The notes beneath the pieces are model-generated. The model was not told where the DNA came from, did no database searches, and saw nothing but the letters and a program-made list of their open reading frames with translations. The translations under genes were made by a program, and so were the position numbers. Positions 43,952 to 52,558 of a DNA stretch of 64,000 bases are shown here, piece by piece. Source of the DNA: an uncultured virus (IMG/VR IMGVR_UViG_3300031774_000002) (lineage: Duplodnaviria > Heunggongvirae > Uroviricota > Caudoviricetes); IMG/VR virus record IMGVR_UViG_3300031774_000002; one strand, given 5' to 3'. Position 1 is the first letter of the stretch; the number at the start of each line of letters is the position of its first letter.

Positions 43952-44245
43952 CTATTTTAAGTTTGAATAATAAGAAGCTATATTCGCGATGTCACCGTCT
44001 GATAAATCTTTTACATATAAAGACATCATAGGGTTATTTCGTATTCCATCACGATACTGTTTAAGGGCAGACACTAGATACATTTCTTTCTGTCCCGCAA
44101 GGTTGGGAAAAAAAGGACTATTACTAATGCCATAAGTACCATGACAACCACCGCAAGCAGAAGATCGATCTTTGCCTGCTTCTGGATCACCTGCTGTGGC
44201 GAATGATGCTAGAAATAATAAAAACACTATCGAAAGTTTATTCAT
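43952..44245 (-). CDS. Exported class I c-type cytochrome (c553/c4-like)
   Basis: Signal peptide, CGGCH heme motif, PNLAGQ..YL..ALKQYRDG.R.NPMM, LSD.DI..IA.Y. Confidence 0.93.
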   Translation of the reverse strand: MNKLSIVFLLFLASFATAGDPEAGKDRSSACGGCHGTYGISNSPFFPNLAGQKEMYLVSALKQYRDGIRNNPMMSLYVKDLSDGDIANIASYYSNLK

Positions 44246-44268
44246 AATATAATTCCTATAAACATTTT

Positions 44269-44451
44269 TTATATATCTGATGGTCTAGAAATGTTTCCAT
44301 CTTTATCAACTTTAATGTACCCAATCTTTTCAAGATGAGAAAGTATTGTATCAATCCCATCACTCGCACCAGAATCAAAACCTGCTTTGAATGAGAAGTA
44401 ACAACAAGCACATATACTCATCATGTATAATATCATTTGTTCAGTTGACAT
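44269..44451 (-). CDS. Small membrane-anchored hypothetical protein
   Basis: 60 aa, hydrophobic N-terminus, GAGG RBS. Confidence 0.55.
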   Translation of the reverse strand: MSTEQMILYMMSICACCYFSFKAGFDSGASDGIDTILSHLEKIGYIKVDKDGNISRPSDI

Positions 44452-44454
44452 TTT

Positions 44455-45042
44455 TTATTCCTCTTTTAGTTTAGAAAGAAATGTATCTACTGACATACCA
44501 AAAATATTTTTACCATTGACATTCATTAGCTCTTCGCGTGGAACATCAGGAACTACCATTACAAATTGCACATCAGGGTTTTGTTTAGCAAACCATTCTA
44601 GGTATGCGACTCTATAGAAATTATCTGCCTCATTTGACTTTGTTTCAGCACCATAATTTTTAGTATCTTTAAAAACATTATCAACTGATTTTTCACCTAT
44701 CAATAAAAAGTCAAACCCTAAACAATATAAAACATTACAGTGGTTTCTTATAGCTTCGAGCATAGCATTCATGCCAGCGTTTGATCTTCTGCGTTGATTA
44801 TTATATTCAGCAGACTCCCAACGCTCATCTTCTGGTGGGATGATGAGATGTGTATCACCAAGATCTGCATCTTGGAGTTCTTTGATCATACCATCATCAA
44901 TAGCAACTAGAAAGTCTGCTTTGTTCCATTCACGATATAAAGCATTACATCCATACACTGTTGATGTATGGACAAGATCATCTAGATTAATTGCCTTTCG
45001 GCTTGGTCCATTACCTATTACGAATGCTATTTTTTTCTTCAT
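44455..45042 (-). CDS. Sugar-transferase-like protein (GNGPS motif)
   Basis: AFVIGNGPSR, YGCNALYR, LVAID, YCLGFD. Confidence 0.65.
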   Translation of the reverse strand: MKKKIAFVIGNGPSRKAINLDDLVHTSTVYGCNALYREWNKADFLVAIDDGMIKELQDADLGDTHLIIPPEDERWESAEYNNQRRRSNAGMNAMLEAIRNHCNVLYCLGFDFLLIGEKSVDNVFKDTKNYGAETKSNEADNFYRVAYLEWFAKQNPDVQFVMVVPDVPREELMNVNGKNIFGMSVDTFLSKLKEE

Positions 45043-45190
45043 ATTCTAAATCATCCCAATCTTCGTTCTCAACCGCATGCTCAAGCTCAACTTTATAGTT
45101 GTGTCTTGATTCTTTTTTCAAACGCTTTTTACGAGAAAAATCCTCATTTTCTTCGGTGTATTGTTTATAACGCTTAATGTTCTTAGCCAT
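45011..45190 (-). CDS. 59-aa charged hypothetical protein
   Basis: MAKNIKRYKQYTEENED...; fills the gap between ORFs. Confidence 0.5.
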   Translation of the reverse strand: MAKNIKRYKQYTEENEDFSRKKRLKKESRHNYKVELEHAVENEDWDDLEYEEKNSIRNR

Positions 45191-45210
45191 AGTAGACTCT
45201 TATCTTCTTT

Positions 45211-45654
45211 TCACCAGTTTTTAGATATGGTTGGGAATGCTTCCGCAACCAGCTTCCTTGTCAGACCTCTGTATGGAAGTCTGCGATCTTTCATACCCAA
45301 AAGAACTTTAGCATCATTTGGGTCAACAACTTCTAGCATTTCAATAAACAACTTCTCTCTACGAGCAGAAGAGATATTTTTCTGTGTTTCAGTTGGTCCA
45401 TCTACAAACAAATAAAACTTGCGAACTTCAGAAACAAGTCGCCCTTCTTGATCTGCACCAGCTGGTAGTGGTGTGTATGGTGGAACGCCAGCAGGCAACA
45501 TCCACTTAACATTTGGATCATATGTGTATCCTAAAACTGCTTTTAATGCAGCACATGAATGCTCTCGCAATATAGCAACTTTTTCTTTTTTTGTTTGTGC
45601 CTTTTCTACCAAAACAAAAACATCATGGAATGTTTGAAACCTTTTCAATGGCAT
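45211..45654 (-). CDS. Conserved T4-like phage protein next to RNase H
   Basis: YDPNVKW.LP.G.PPY, RREKLFIEMLE, VAEAFP; GAGGA RBS. Confidence 0.75.
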   Translation of the reverse strand: MPLKRFQTFHDVFVLVEKAQTKKEKVAILREHSCAALKAVLGYTYDPNVKWMLPAGVPPYTPLPAGADQEGRLVSEVRKFYLFVDGPTETQKNISSARREKLFIEMLEVVDPNDAKVLLGMKDRRLPYRGLTRKLVAEAFPTISKNW

Positions 45655-45704
45655 TAGTAAATCCTCAATCAATTAAAATGTACTTCTATTTAGTAGATTA
45701 GCAA

Positions 45705-46568
45705 TTAAAACTCGCTAATATGCTCAACAAGATTTTTTAATTTATATTTTATGAAATAATTTAATAAACCTCGTTTTTGAGGAACTTCATAATTATCAAA
45801 AGTTTCAATAATCTTTTTAACTATCTCTTCTGGTATCTGATCTAGATCAACCAACTGTTCATTTCTTCGATAGTTTCTTAGCATTGTATCATTACAGAAC
45901 TGCTCAGGCTCTTTGTCAACCCAATCATCTATTTTCTTTGATTGAATTGGCTTTTGTCTTTCACCTGTAATTATACAGCTGTCATTAGATAAGAAGTTTG
46001 GTATACCATCACCACGATCTCCACGCATAATATGCTCACGCAAGAAGCGTCTTGGATCAGGAACACGGATCCACTTCTTCAAGACTGGACTATACTGATC
46101 AACATTAGTATACTTCTGGAGTTGTCCAAAGTCTTTATCGCCAGACAATACAAGGATTCGTTCAGTGCTTTCGTTGTTTAACCAAGAGCCAGAGCGAGTA
46201 GCCAATACACCGATAATGTCATCAGCTTCAGCACGCTCTACCTGAACAACACGATATGGAAAATATTCTTTTAATTCCTCACGAATACGATTAAGTGATT
46301 CAAATACCATAACCCAATCGATTGATGACTTCTCGCGATCTTTCTTGCGATGTCCTTTGTAATAAGGGAATACATCTTTTCGCCAGTAATTTCTGTCATC
46401 ACAACAGATAACTAACTCACCATATTCAGCACTAAATTTATTTTTATATGCTCTTATGCTATTCAATACCATATGACGAACAAGACCTTCTTCAAAGTTT
46501 TGTCCACTTACACCCAACTGTTTCATCATGTTGGATATCATTACTTGATTTAAATCTAATAAAATCAT
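45705..46568 (-). CDS. rnh: T4-type RNase H (5'-3' flap exonuclease)
   Basis: YWRKDVFPYYK..RK, EADDIIG, SGDKDF.QL, GDRGDGIPN. Confidence 0.95.
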   Translation of the reverse strand: MILLDLNQVMISNMMKQLGVSGQNFEEGLVRHMVLNSIRAYKNKFSAEYGELVICCDDRNYWRKDVFPYYKGHRKKDREKSSIDWVMVFESLNRIREELKEYFPYRVVQVERAEADDIIGVLATRSGSWLNNESTERILVLSGDKDFGQLQKYTNVDQYSPVLKKWIRVPDPRRFLREHIMRGDRGDGIPNFLSNDSCIITGERQKPIQSKKIDDWVDKEPEQFCNDTMLRNYRRNEQLVDLDQIPEEIVKKIIETFDNYEVPQKRGLLNYFIKYKLKNLVEHISEF

Positions 46569-46570
46569 TT

Positions 46571-46819
46571 TTAACTCACTTCTTCATTTGTTTCTACTTC
46601 CAGATCTGTTTCTATCCAGACAGTAGCACCGCAGGAAAGTGGCTTCTTTGGTTGACTCACCAACCGAGCAACCACAGTTCCATCAGGCAGTTTTATATCG
46701 GCAGTATAACACTTCCGATTTTGTTTGTAGTCTTTGACCGTTAATGGTGGTCGAAGATCTTCGGGATTCTTTTTGTTATGTCTAACATTATGTTGATTTA
46801 CATGCAGGCGAGTTTTCAT
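46571..46819 (-). CDS. Conserved hypothetical phage protein
   Basis: HVNQHNVRHN...KPLSCGATVWIET. Confidence 0.7.
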   Translation of the reverse strand: MKTRLHVNQHNVRHNKKNPEDLRPPLTVKDYKQNRKCYTADIKLPDGTVVARLVSQPKKPLSCGATVWIETDLEVETNEEVS

Positions 46820-46950
46820 TTTTTCACCTCTTTTTCTGACACGACATTCTGAGACTCTGCGACTGCTGCAGCACCAATAACTGTTGCGACTGTGATAGAT
46901 ACAAACACAAGATATAATCCAAAACCAATGAACAACAAATAAGATTTCAT
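46816..46950 (-). CDS. 44-aa membrane peptide
   Basis: MKSYLLFIGFGLYLVFVSITVATVIG...; ATGA overlap with the downstream gene. Confidence 0.5.
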   Translation of the reverse strand: MKSYLLFIGFGLYLVFVSITVATVIGAAAVAESQNVVSEKEVKK

Positions 46951-46961
46951 TTTTTCACTCA

Positions 46962-47369
46962 TTATTCTTCTTCCTCATCTCTTTTATATTTTGACATTAC
47001 ATCTGCAGCATCTTCAACAGAGGATGGCAATTCAATACCTTTCTCAACATCAACCATCCATGTTGCTTTAATACTCTCATCACTAAACCATTCAATGTCT
47101 AACATTTTGTCAGCTATTTCTTGGAACATGTGGACATCACCGCGACTTCGATATATCATAGAGCGAACAGCTTCAGAGGTGAAAACAAAATCTCTAGAAA
47201 ACTCTACGCTATCGTCTGCTATATCAGAATCGATCAAGTCATCGAGGAGACTGTTGATCCATCTCTCAACAATCTCCTCAGTTTCCTCGCAATAAGCGTC
47301 ATACTTTTCTTGTATGACATTCTTTCTTTTTTCCTTTAGCTTCTTGGAAAAATCTATTACATCGCTCAT
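46962..47369 (-). CDS. Acidic hypothetical protein
   Basis: 135 aa; ATGA overlap with the upstream gene. Confidence 0.65.
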   Translation of the reverse strand: MSDVIDFSKKLKEKRKNVIQEKYDAYCEETEEIVERWINSLLDDLIDSDIADDSVEFSRDFVFTSEAVRSMIYRSRGDVHMFQEIADKMLDIEWFSDESIKATWMVDVEKGIELPSSVEDAADVMSKYKRDEEEE

Positions 47370-47971
47370 CCAAAAAATTCCTCTAGGTTTGATAATCCAG
47401 CTGCAATTGGTTGCGACACTTTTGGACTTTCTGGAGCTTTAATATCAGAAATATTCATGCCTTCTGGAACTCCGCCTTGATCTTCAGGCACACCCCAGAC
47501 ATATCCAATATCTGGATAAAATGTTCCATATGTTCTTTTAATATTGCCATCTGAATCATAGGCAGGTGTTAAACAAACAGAACGCATTTTATTTTGTCCT
47601 TCCTGTCCCCAAAATAAATCACACCACTCACCACTTTCGAGATAGCGTTGCATATTCCTCACATATCCTTCAGCACGAAGCTGTTTAGCCAATGCACCTT
47701 TTACTCCAGCTCTATGATTTTTTCTCTCAATGGCTGCAAGTTCTCTATGATGCTTGATCCAATTCTTCACTTTACTCATATGTAAAGCATCATCTTCAGG
47801 CAACTCAAGAACAGATTTTGCTATGTTCTTATATGTTGGCGGATTTTCACGCATACGCTTTTCCCTTGCCTTTGCTAGTCGCTCAACGGCTGCAGCTTTT
47901 TGCTCTTCAGACATAGGCTTTCTTCGTTTGCGAATCTTTTTACGAACATACTTCTCAGGCTCTTTACTCAT
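47366..47971 (-). CDS. Conserved hypothetical phage protein
   Basis: Basic N-terminus RKPMSEEQKAAAVERLAKAR; follows a sigma70 promoter. Confidence 0.75.
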   Translation of the reverse strand: MSKEPEKYVRKKIRKRRKPMSEEQKAAAVERLAKAREKRMRENPPTYKNIAKSVLELPEDDALHMSKVKNWIKHHRELAAIERKNHRAGVKGALAKQLRAEGYVRNMQRYLESGEWCDLFWGQEGQNKMRSVCLTPAYDSDGNIKRTYGTFYPDIGYVWGVPEDQGGVPEGMNISDIKAPESPKVSQPIAAGLSNLEEFFG

Positions 47972-48002
47972 AATATATCTCTCTCAATATGAATGTTTTA
48001 AA

Positions 48003-48031
48003 ATTATACTACATTACTATATAGGTGTCAA
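48003..48031 (-). promoter_or_regulatory. Sigma70 promoter
   Basis: TTGACA-17-TATAAT. Confidence 0.85.
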
Positions 48032-48034
48032 CCA

Positions 48035-48340
48035 CTATTTTCCAATATGTTTTAGGTCAGAATTAGGCACTACTTGATATGCCCCTTTATTATAAGCTAT
48101 TGATACTGTGTAATTTTTTGATACTTCTTGTCTAAATGAAGTATCGAGAACAGCTCCTGATTGTGCTGGAGTGAGTGGAGCAGACGGTATGTCTGCTTGT
48201 GACTGATAGTTTGGGTGAAGTGATCTGGGTTGCATTTCCTTAAATTCAGGCTTATAGCGTCTTGCCTTTTTCAATGCTTTGGTCTTTCTCTTTCTCCCAG
48301 ACATATCGTAACGAAGTGAACCTGCTGTTGTACCTTTCAT
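48035..48340 (-). CDS. Basic hypothetical protein
   Basis: SLRYDMSGRKRK...IAYNKGAYQVV; start reassigned to ATG 48340. Confidence 0.7.
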   Translation of the reverse strand: MKGTTAGSLRYDMSGRKRKTKALKKARRYKPEFKEMQPRSLHPNYQSQADIPSAPLTPAQSGAVLDTSFRQEVSKNYTVSIAYNKGAYQVVPNSDLKHIGK

Positions 48341-48420
48341 AATATAGACTCTCACAGTTAAGGATAGATGGCACATCCTTGTACCTGACAGACCTCTGCT
48401 GTCTTATCTTCATCCTGAAA

Positions 48421-48449
48421 ATTGTACTACATTACTGGGCTGAAGTCAA
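48421..48449 (-). promoter_or_regulatory. Sigma70 promoter
   Basis: TTGACT-17-TACAAT. Confidence 0.7.
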
Positions 48450-49457
48450 CCCTTTTAGAAAGTGTTCCCATTCATGTCTACGGTAATCCCATGAATAAAG
48501 ATTATCAGTGTAACTCTTAGCCTGATTTATTCTAGGTAAATGAGCACCCTCTTTGCAGTATAGAATTGAATTATGTAATTGATTAATGAAGACTGCTGCA
48601 TGTTGATTTGGATCTTCATGATACTGATACATATTAGCAAACCCAGCAGTTGTTTCATATAAAGCTGCATGGTTTGGACAAACAACATCAACACCTGCAC
48701 TCATTGCTTCCATTACTGCGATACATGATGTTTCTTGCCATATATTGGGATAAGCAAATATGTGTGCTTTTTCTAAGGCATCACGAACAATATTGTTCGG
48801 TTGATACCCATGATATGTCATCTGTGGGTGCTGTTCTATTTTATTAAACAGTGGCTTGTATGGTATGTCTCTTTGTCCCCAACCATATGCATTGAATGAT
48901 GAGTATACATCTAGATGAATAAGATCACCATGTATTCTAGCCAACTCCTCAAAGCAAGGAACTAACAACTCAAGACCACGATGTGGTGTTGTGTGATAGA
49001 TTAAATTAATTCGTTCATTCGGATTTGGTTTAGGCTCTTTTGGATTAATTGGATCAATCGCATTTCGCATAATATATGCTTCAGAGTATGGTACACCCAA
49101 AGCTAAATGGTATGTCTGGAACTGTTGATTGCTAACAAAAACTAATTTGGCAAACTTAGCTCTTTCTTTTGGATCTTTTAAAAACTCGACTTCAGGGTCG
49201 CTCCAAAGGTCATGAAGAACAAGTATGTTCTTTTTATCTTTTGATAACTCACGAACTCTAGAGTGAATTATATTGAACTGATCATCAAGACCAAGATCTG
49301 AAACAATAGCTGATATTCTTTCAGCCATCATTTCAGTGCCACCTTTTGCATCAGCATATGTTCCATCTGAACTTGGACCAACTGCTGAGAGATCAATCTT
49401 TTCTGATTCTTTGATATTGACCAAAGATTTATGTCCTGCTCTAGTTTTAGCGACCAC
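48432..49457 (-). CDS. GT-B glycosyltransferase (GT4-like)
   Basis: GGTE, YHTTPHRGL, YPNIWQETSCIAVMEAMSAG. Confidence 0.88.
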   Translation of the reverse strand: MVAKTRAGHKSLVNIKESEKIDLSAVGPSSDGTYADAKGGTEMMAERISAIVSDLGLDDQFNIIHSRVRELSKDKKNILVLHDLWSDPEVEFLKDPKERAKFAKLVFVSNQQFQTYHLALGVPYSEAYIMRNAIDPINPKEPKPNPNERINLIYHTTPHRGLELLVPCFEELARIHGDLIHLDVYSSFNAYGWGQRDIPYKPLFNKIEQHPQMTYHGYQPNNIVRDALEKAHIFAYPNIWQETSCIAVMEAMSAGVDVVCPNHAALYETTAGFANMYQYHEDPNQHAAVFINQLHNSILYCKEGAHLPRINQAKSYTDNLYSWDYRRHEWEHFLKGLTSAQ

Positions 49458-49730
49458 TTATGATGCCTTTTCTACAGACTTGATTTTGTCCATACAAAAC
49501 GCACGCCATCCTTCAGCATTAGTGTCCCAAACAGACAAAGATGTTTCAGACTCTTTCCAATACTTCTCGGCATTTTCTTTCGGAGCAGGTAATATATCAG
49601 ACTTCAGAGTACAAGTCATTATACGCTCTTCACCGTTCTTTTTATCGAATGTGACTTTAAGGATATTTTCTTTTAAAAGGTCACGCAACTCATTGCGATT
49701 AAATTTATTATATATCATACAATACCTCAT
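49458..49730 (-). CDS. SH3-fold/WYL-like small protein
   Basis: VTFDKKNGEERIMTCTL...VWD....WRAF. Confidence 0.75.
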   Translation of the reverse strand: MRYCMIYNKFNRNELRDLLKENILKVTFDKKNGEERIMTCTLKSDILPAPKENAEKYWKESETSLSVWDTNAEGWRAFCMDKIKSVEKAS

Positions 49731-49733
49731 AAT

Positions 49734-49919
49734 TTAAGACTCACTTGGTGGGATGAATGTTACTTCATTTGTTTTGGAATCGGTAATTTTTCTGGAACCA
49801 TCATTATACCAAACTTCAATTTTACCGTTTTGGGCATGTATACAATAACACTGCTTGTTCCACTCTTCTTCAGATATTTCTTTTCTTCGTGCTTCAACAA
49901 GATCAGTATATTGTGTCAT
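49734..49919 (-). CDS. Hypothetical protein
   Basis: GGAG RBS, 61 aa. Confidence 0.6.
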   Translation of the reverse strand: MTQYTDLVEARRKEISEEEWNKQCYCIHAQNGKIEVWYNDGSRKITDSKTNEVTFIPPSES

Positions 49920-50045
49920 GATGGCTCCATAATATAATTAGTGGTTCTTCAGTAGCATTACCCAACTTTTGGTCGAGCATCACCGTTGTAGTGATCGAAT
50001 GCTCTACTTTCCAAGACTTCCCCATTGCCTTTTTAATTGTTGCTG

Positions 50046-50243
50046 TTAGTGGTCGTGATCACCGTCACAAACATGCTCATCATCACCTCTGAAGATGACT
50101 ACAGCAGTCCACAATAAAACAACAGCAGTTATAACCTGAACATAATCAAATGTGATAGCTCCAGTCATCAAGGCAAATACTGCAACAGCACCTGCGATAA
50201 TTGAAAGAGCTTTCGCTTTAATATAATCAATAACACCCGACAT
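50046..50243 (-). CDS. Small two-helix membrane protein with His/Asp-rich tail
   Basis: Two hydrophobic segments and DDEHVCDGDHDH; GGAG RBS; own promoter. Confidence 0.7.
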   Translation of the reverse strand: MSGVIDYIKAKALSIIAGAVAVFALMTGAITFDYVQVITAVVLLWTAVVIFRGDDEHVCDGDHDH

Positions 50244-50268
50244 AATATACTCCAGTTAATTGTAAGAA

Positions 50269-50297
50269 ATTATACAACATTATTGAGGGAATGTCAA
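50269..50297 (-). promoter_or_regulatory. Sigma70 promoter
   Basis: TTGACA-17-TATAAT. Confidence 0.85.
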
Positions 50298-50410
50298 CCC
50301 TTTTCAGAATAAACTTCTTGGATTTCTTTGATTAAAATAAGCAACTCCTCTAGGACTTCCTTATCTTCATCAGTAGAAGTATCTGCTTCAATCTCGATTT
50401 TAACTTTCAT
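50294..50410 (-). CDS. 38-aa acidic peptide
   Basis: MKVKIEIEADTSTDEDKEVLEELL...; directly behind a promoter. Confidence 0.5.
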   Translation of the reverse strand: MKVKIEIEADTSTDEDKEVLEELLILIKEIQEVYSEKG

Positions 50411-50418
50411 AACTCTCT

Positions 50419-50447
50419 ATTCTACAATAATTAGGCGACAATGTCAA
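50419..50447 (-). promoter_or_regulatory. Sigma70 promoter
   Basis: TTGACA-17-TAGAAT. Confidence 0.75.
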
Positions 50448-50483
50448 CTAAAATATAGCTTTTTTTGGTAAATAATTGGCTTT

Positions 50484-50651
50484 TTACCATTGATGTATAA
50501 CTCCAGCGATAATAAAGAAACAGGTAACGAAATTGACTAGGACTACAATACTGCGTATCATTGCAATCTGATCAGCCTCTCGGTCTGTTGTTCCAACCTT
50601 TTCTCCAAGCGACTTAGCCCAAAGTCTCCAATATCTATTACGCTTAGACAT
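50484..50651 (-). CDS. 55-aa membrane protein
   Basis: WRLWAKSLGEK...EAD.IA.IRS......TCFFIIAGVIHQW. Confidence 0.65.
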   Translation of the reverse strand: MSKRNRYWRLWAKSLGEKVGTTDREADQIAMIRSIVVLVNFVTCFFIIAGVIHQW

Positions 50652-50653
50652 CG

Positions 50654-50917
50654 CTATAGAATAGCCTTGATATCCTCAGCAGGAACGATGTTCAGTTTCA
50701 TACCATCGACTGTAATTGGAATAGAGTTGTTCCAGCTCAAATACACAACATCATCTGGTCTGATTCCACTAGCGTGTGGTCCAACAGCAATTACCGTTGC
50801 TGGCTTAGATGAGCGATCATCATCAGCTTTTGATGTTAAGATAATACCACCTTCAGTTACATTAGTCTCTTCTTCTTCTTGGAGAAGAACCAATATACTA
50901 TCATTTAACATTCTCAT
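50654..50917 (-). CDS. groES: Co-chaperonin GroES-like
   Basis: LNDSILV...TEGGIIL...ATVIAVGP...DIKAIL. Confidence 0.88.
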   Translation of the reverse strand: MRMLNDSILVLLQEEEETNVTEGGIILTSKADDDRSSKPATVIAVGPHASGIRPDDVVYLSWNNSIPITVDGMKLNIVPAEDIKAIL

Positions 50918-50929
50918 TATATATTTCCT

Positions 50930-51160
50930 TTAATATTTTACTTTATCATTTTGTGTCACAGTTACAAAGTGCTTGCGAATAGTAGCAAGTTGATCTTCAT
51001 AGTGAGTTATCTTATCAATCTCAGTCTGTACTGTTTCCAGAATGTCAGAGTGTTCACCAACACCCACAGGATTATTAAGATAGACTTCAACATTCATTTT
51101 GTGTTTAGCAATATTACCTTCGGCATTTGCCACTAATGCTTCAATGATTCTTGTTTTCAT
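50930..51160 (-). CDS. Conserved hypothetical phage protein
   Basis: HKMNVEVYLNNPVGVGEHSDI; GGAGG RBS. Confidence 0.75.
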   Translation of the reverse strand: MKTRIIEALVANAEGNIAKHKMNVEVYLNNPVGVGEHSDILETVQTEIDKITHYEDQLATIRKHFVTVTQNDKVKY

Positions 51161-51162
51161 GA

Positions 51163-51828
51163 TTATACTTGCCTCCCTCCTCTGTTTGTGGACAACAATA
51201 ATCCATAACTTTTTTTCTCGTCTACATATCTCTTATCTTCAGATTTTAACCACATTGATGAATTATCATCAGGCACAACATTCATCATTGAATTATCAAA
51301 AAATATGTTATCACCTTTATGTAGGTTATCAACATCATTCACAAAAGATTGAAAATATCTATCACCGCCATTCCCTGCCATCACATAACCTACAAAAAAT
51401 CTATTCAAATGCGGTTGAAATATTTTACTCGCATATAAAATATCTTTACTAACGACACCATCCTTTTTATAGAAGCAACAGTGAGTTTTAGGATATTTAA
51501 AATCTTTATTTATCAAAGTTTGGATATCGACCATTAAAATTGGATGCCCATATGATAACAAACAGTTTAATGCTCTAATCTTAACTACATAAGGATCGTC
51601 TGTTGTGGTTTCTCTAGTCACAGAAAAATGACTTCCGCCTTGCCCCATCAAACGATATATTCCTTGAGTGCATCTTGATGTTGGGTTGATGATGTGTAAG
51701 TGCACATCAACTTTACTTCTATAAGCTGATCTGACAAATGCTGCGCCATGAGCAATAAATTCTGCTGCATCACATACAGCAAATGTGACTGGACTTTCTG
51801 GTGGTGCACCTTCCCAAGTTGGTAACAT
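51163..51828 (-). CDS. Glycosyltransferase-like protein, paralog of 53298-54020
   Basis: Shared motifs FA.CD..F..H, H.H.INPT; DIQ where the paralog has DID. Confidence 0.6.
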   Translation of the reverse strand: MLPTWEGAPPESPVTFAVCDAAEFIAHGAAFVRSAYRSKVDVHLHIINPTSRCTQGIYRLMGQGGSHFSVTRETTTDDPYVVKIRALNCLLSYGHPILMVDIQTLINKDFKYPKTHCCFYKKDGVVSKDILYASKIFQPHLNRFFVGYVMAGNGGDRYFQSFVNDVDNLHKGDNIFFDNSMMNVVPDDNSSMWLKSEDKRYVDEKKSYGLLLSTNRGGRQV

Positions 51829-51829
51829 A

Positions 51830-52558
51830 TTATTTTCCTATAATTCCATAATGATAATTTTGTTTGCTAGGTATATAGTCATTTACCTTATATCCATTTC
51901 TTTCTGCTTCTTCTACCATATCCCAAAACAACTTTGACAGCTCAGGTTTTGGATGTTTCTGCGGTGTTCCTGTAAACCACTTTGGTTTCCATGGTTGTGT
52001 TGGCATGTGGGTGTAGTGTAACTGCTTGAATGGTTCTACATCACCATCATGACTATTCCATGCAGGATCTAGATCACCAACTGTGCCGTTACGAACAAAG
52101 TTATCAATGAATTGGTGGTGGGCTGTCTCAACACCTTTCCATTCTTCCTTGAGGGGCATGTTACCTTTAAACTTGGCACAATCAAATAACATAACACAAA
52201 ACTCTTTACCACCAAATCTCTTACCATCACGAGCCAACAACCATTTGTCTTCAGGTATTTCCATATCAAACAATTCACCTATGTCATGAAAGTTTAGCAT
52301 ATCACAATCAGTGTATATTGCTCGACCTTCAAAGTTGCAATATTCAGGTATTGCCCAACGGAATCCTGAGAATGGTGTTGACCATCTAAAGTCATTGAAT
52401 CCACGCCAAAAAGATTTTTCTTCTTTTGTCTGTCGCATCCAAACAATCTCAACATCACGATCAGTATTCTTGCGCAGAGTGTACTCATATGCCATTTCAA
52501 TTAAAGCATCTTCTCCATTAGAAGATGAACCAATAAATATTTTCACTTTTTCACTCAT
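51830..52558 (-). CDS. GT-A glycosyltransferase (GT8-like)
   Basis: IFIG, TPFSGFRWAIP, RAIYTDCDM, WN..D, LHYT...QPW. Confidence 0.8.
   Translation of the reverse strand: MSEKVKIFIGSSSNGEDALIEMAYEYTLRKNTDRDVEIVWMRQTKEEKSFWRGFNDFRWSTPFSGFRWAIPEYCNFEGRAIYTDCDMLNFHDIGELFDMEIPEDKWLLARDGKRFGGKEFCVMLFDCAKFKGNMPLKEEWKGVETAHHQFIDNFVRNGTVGDLDPAWNSHDGDVEPFKQLHYTHMPTQPWKPKWFTGTPQKHPKPELSKLFWDMVEEAERNGYKVNDYIPSKQNYHYGIIGK

Noticed and set aside
48360..48403. Guanidine-III riboswitch identity (GUCAGG..ACAAG resemblance)
   Set aside because: Only fragmentary similarity from memory; the required pseudoknot segment is absent.
49940..50035. tRNA, hammerhead or fluoride riboswitch identity for this element
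   Set aside because: No acceptor stem or TTC loop; CUGAAGA and GAAA are present but hammerhead stems do not close; the fluoride-type pseudoknot partner is missing.
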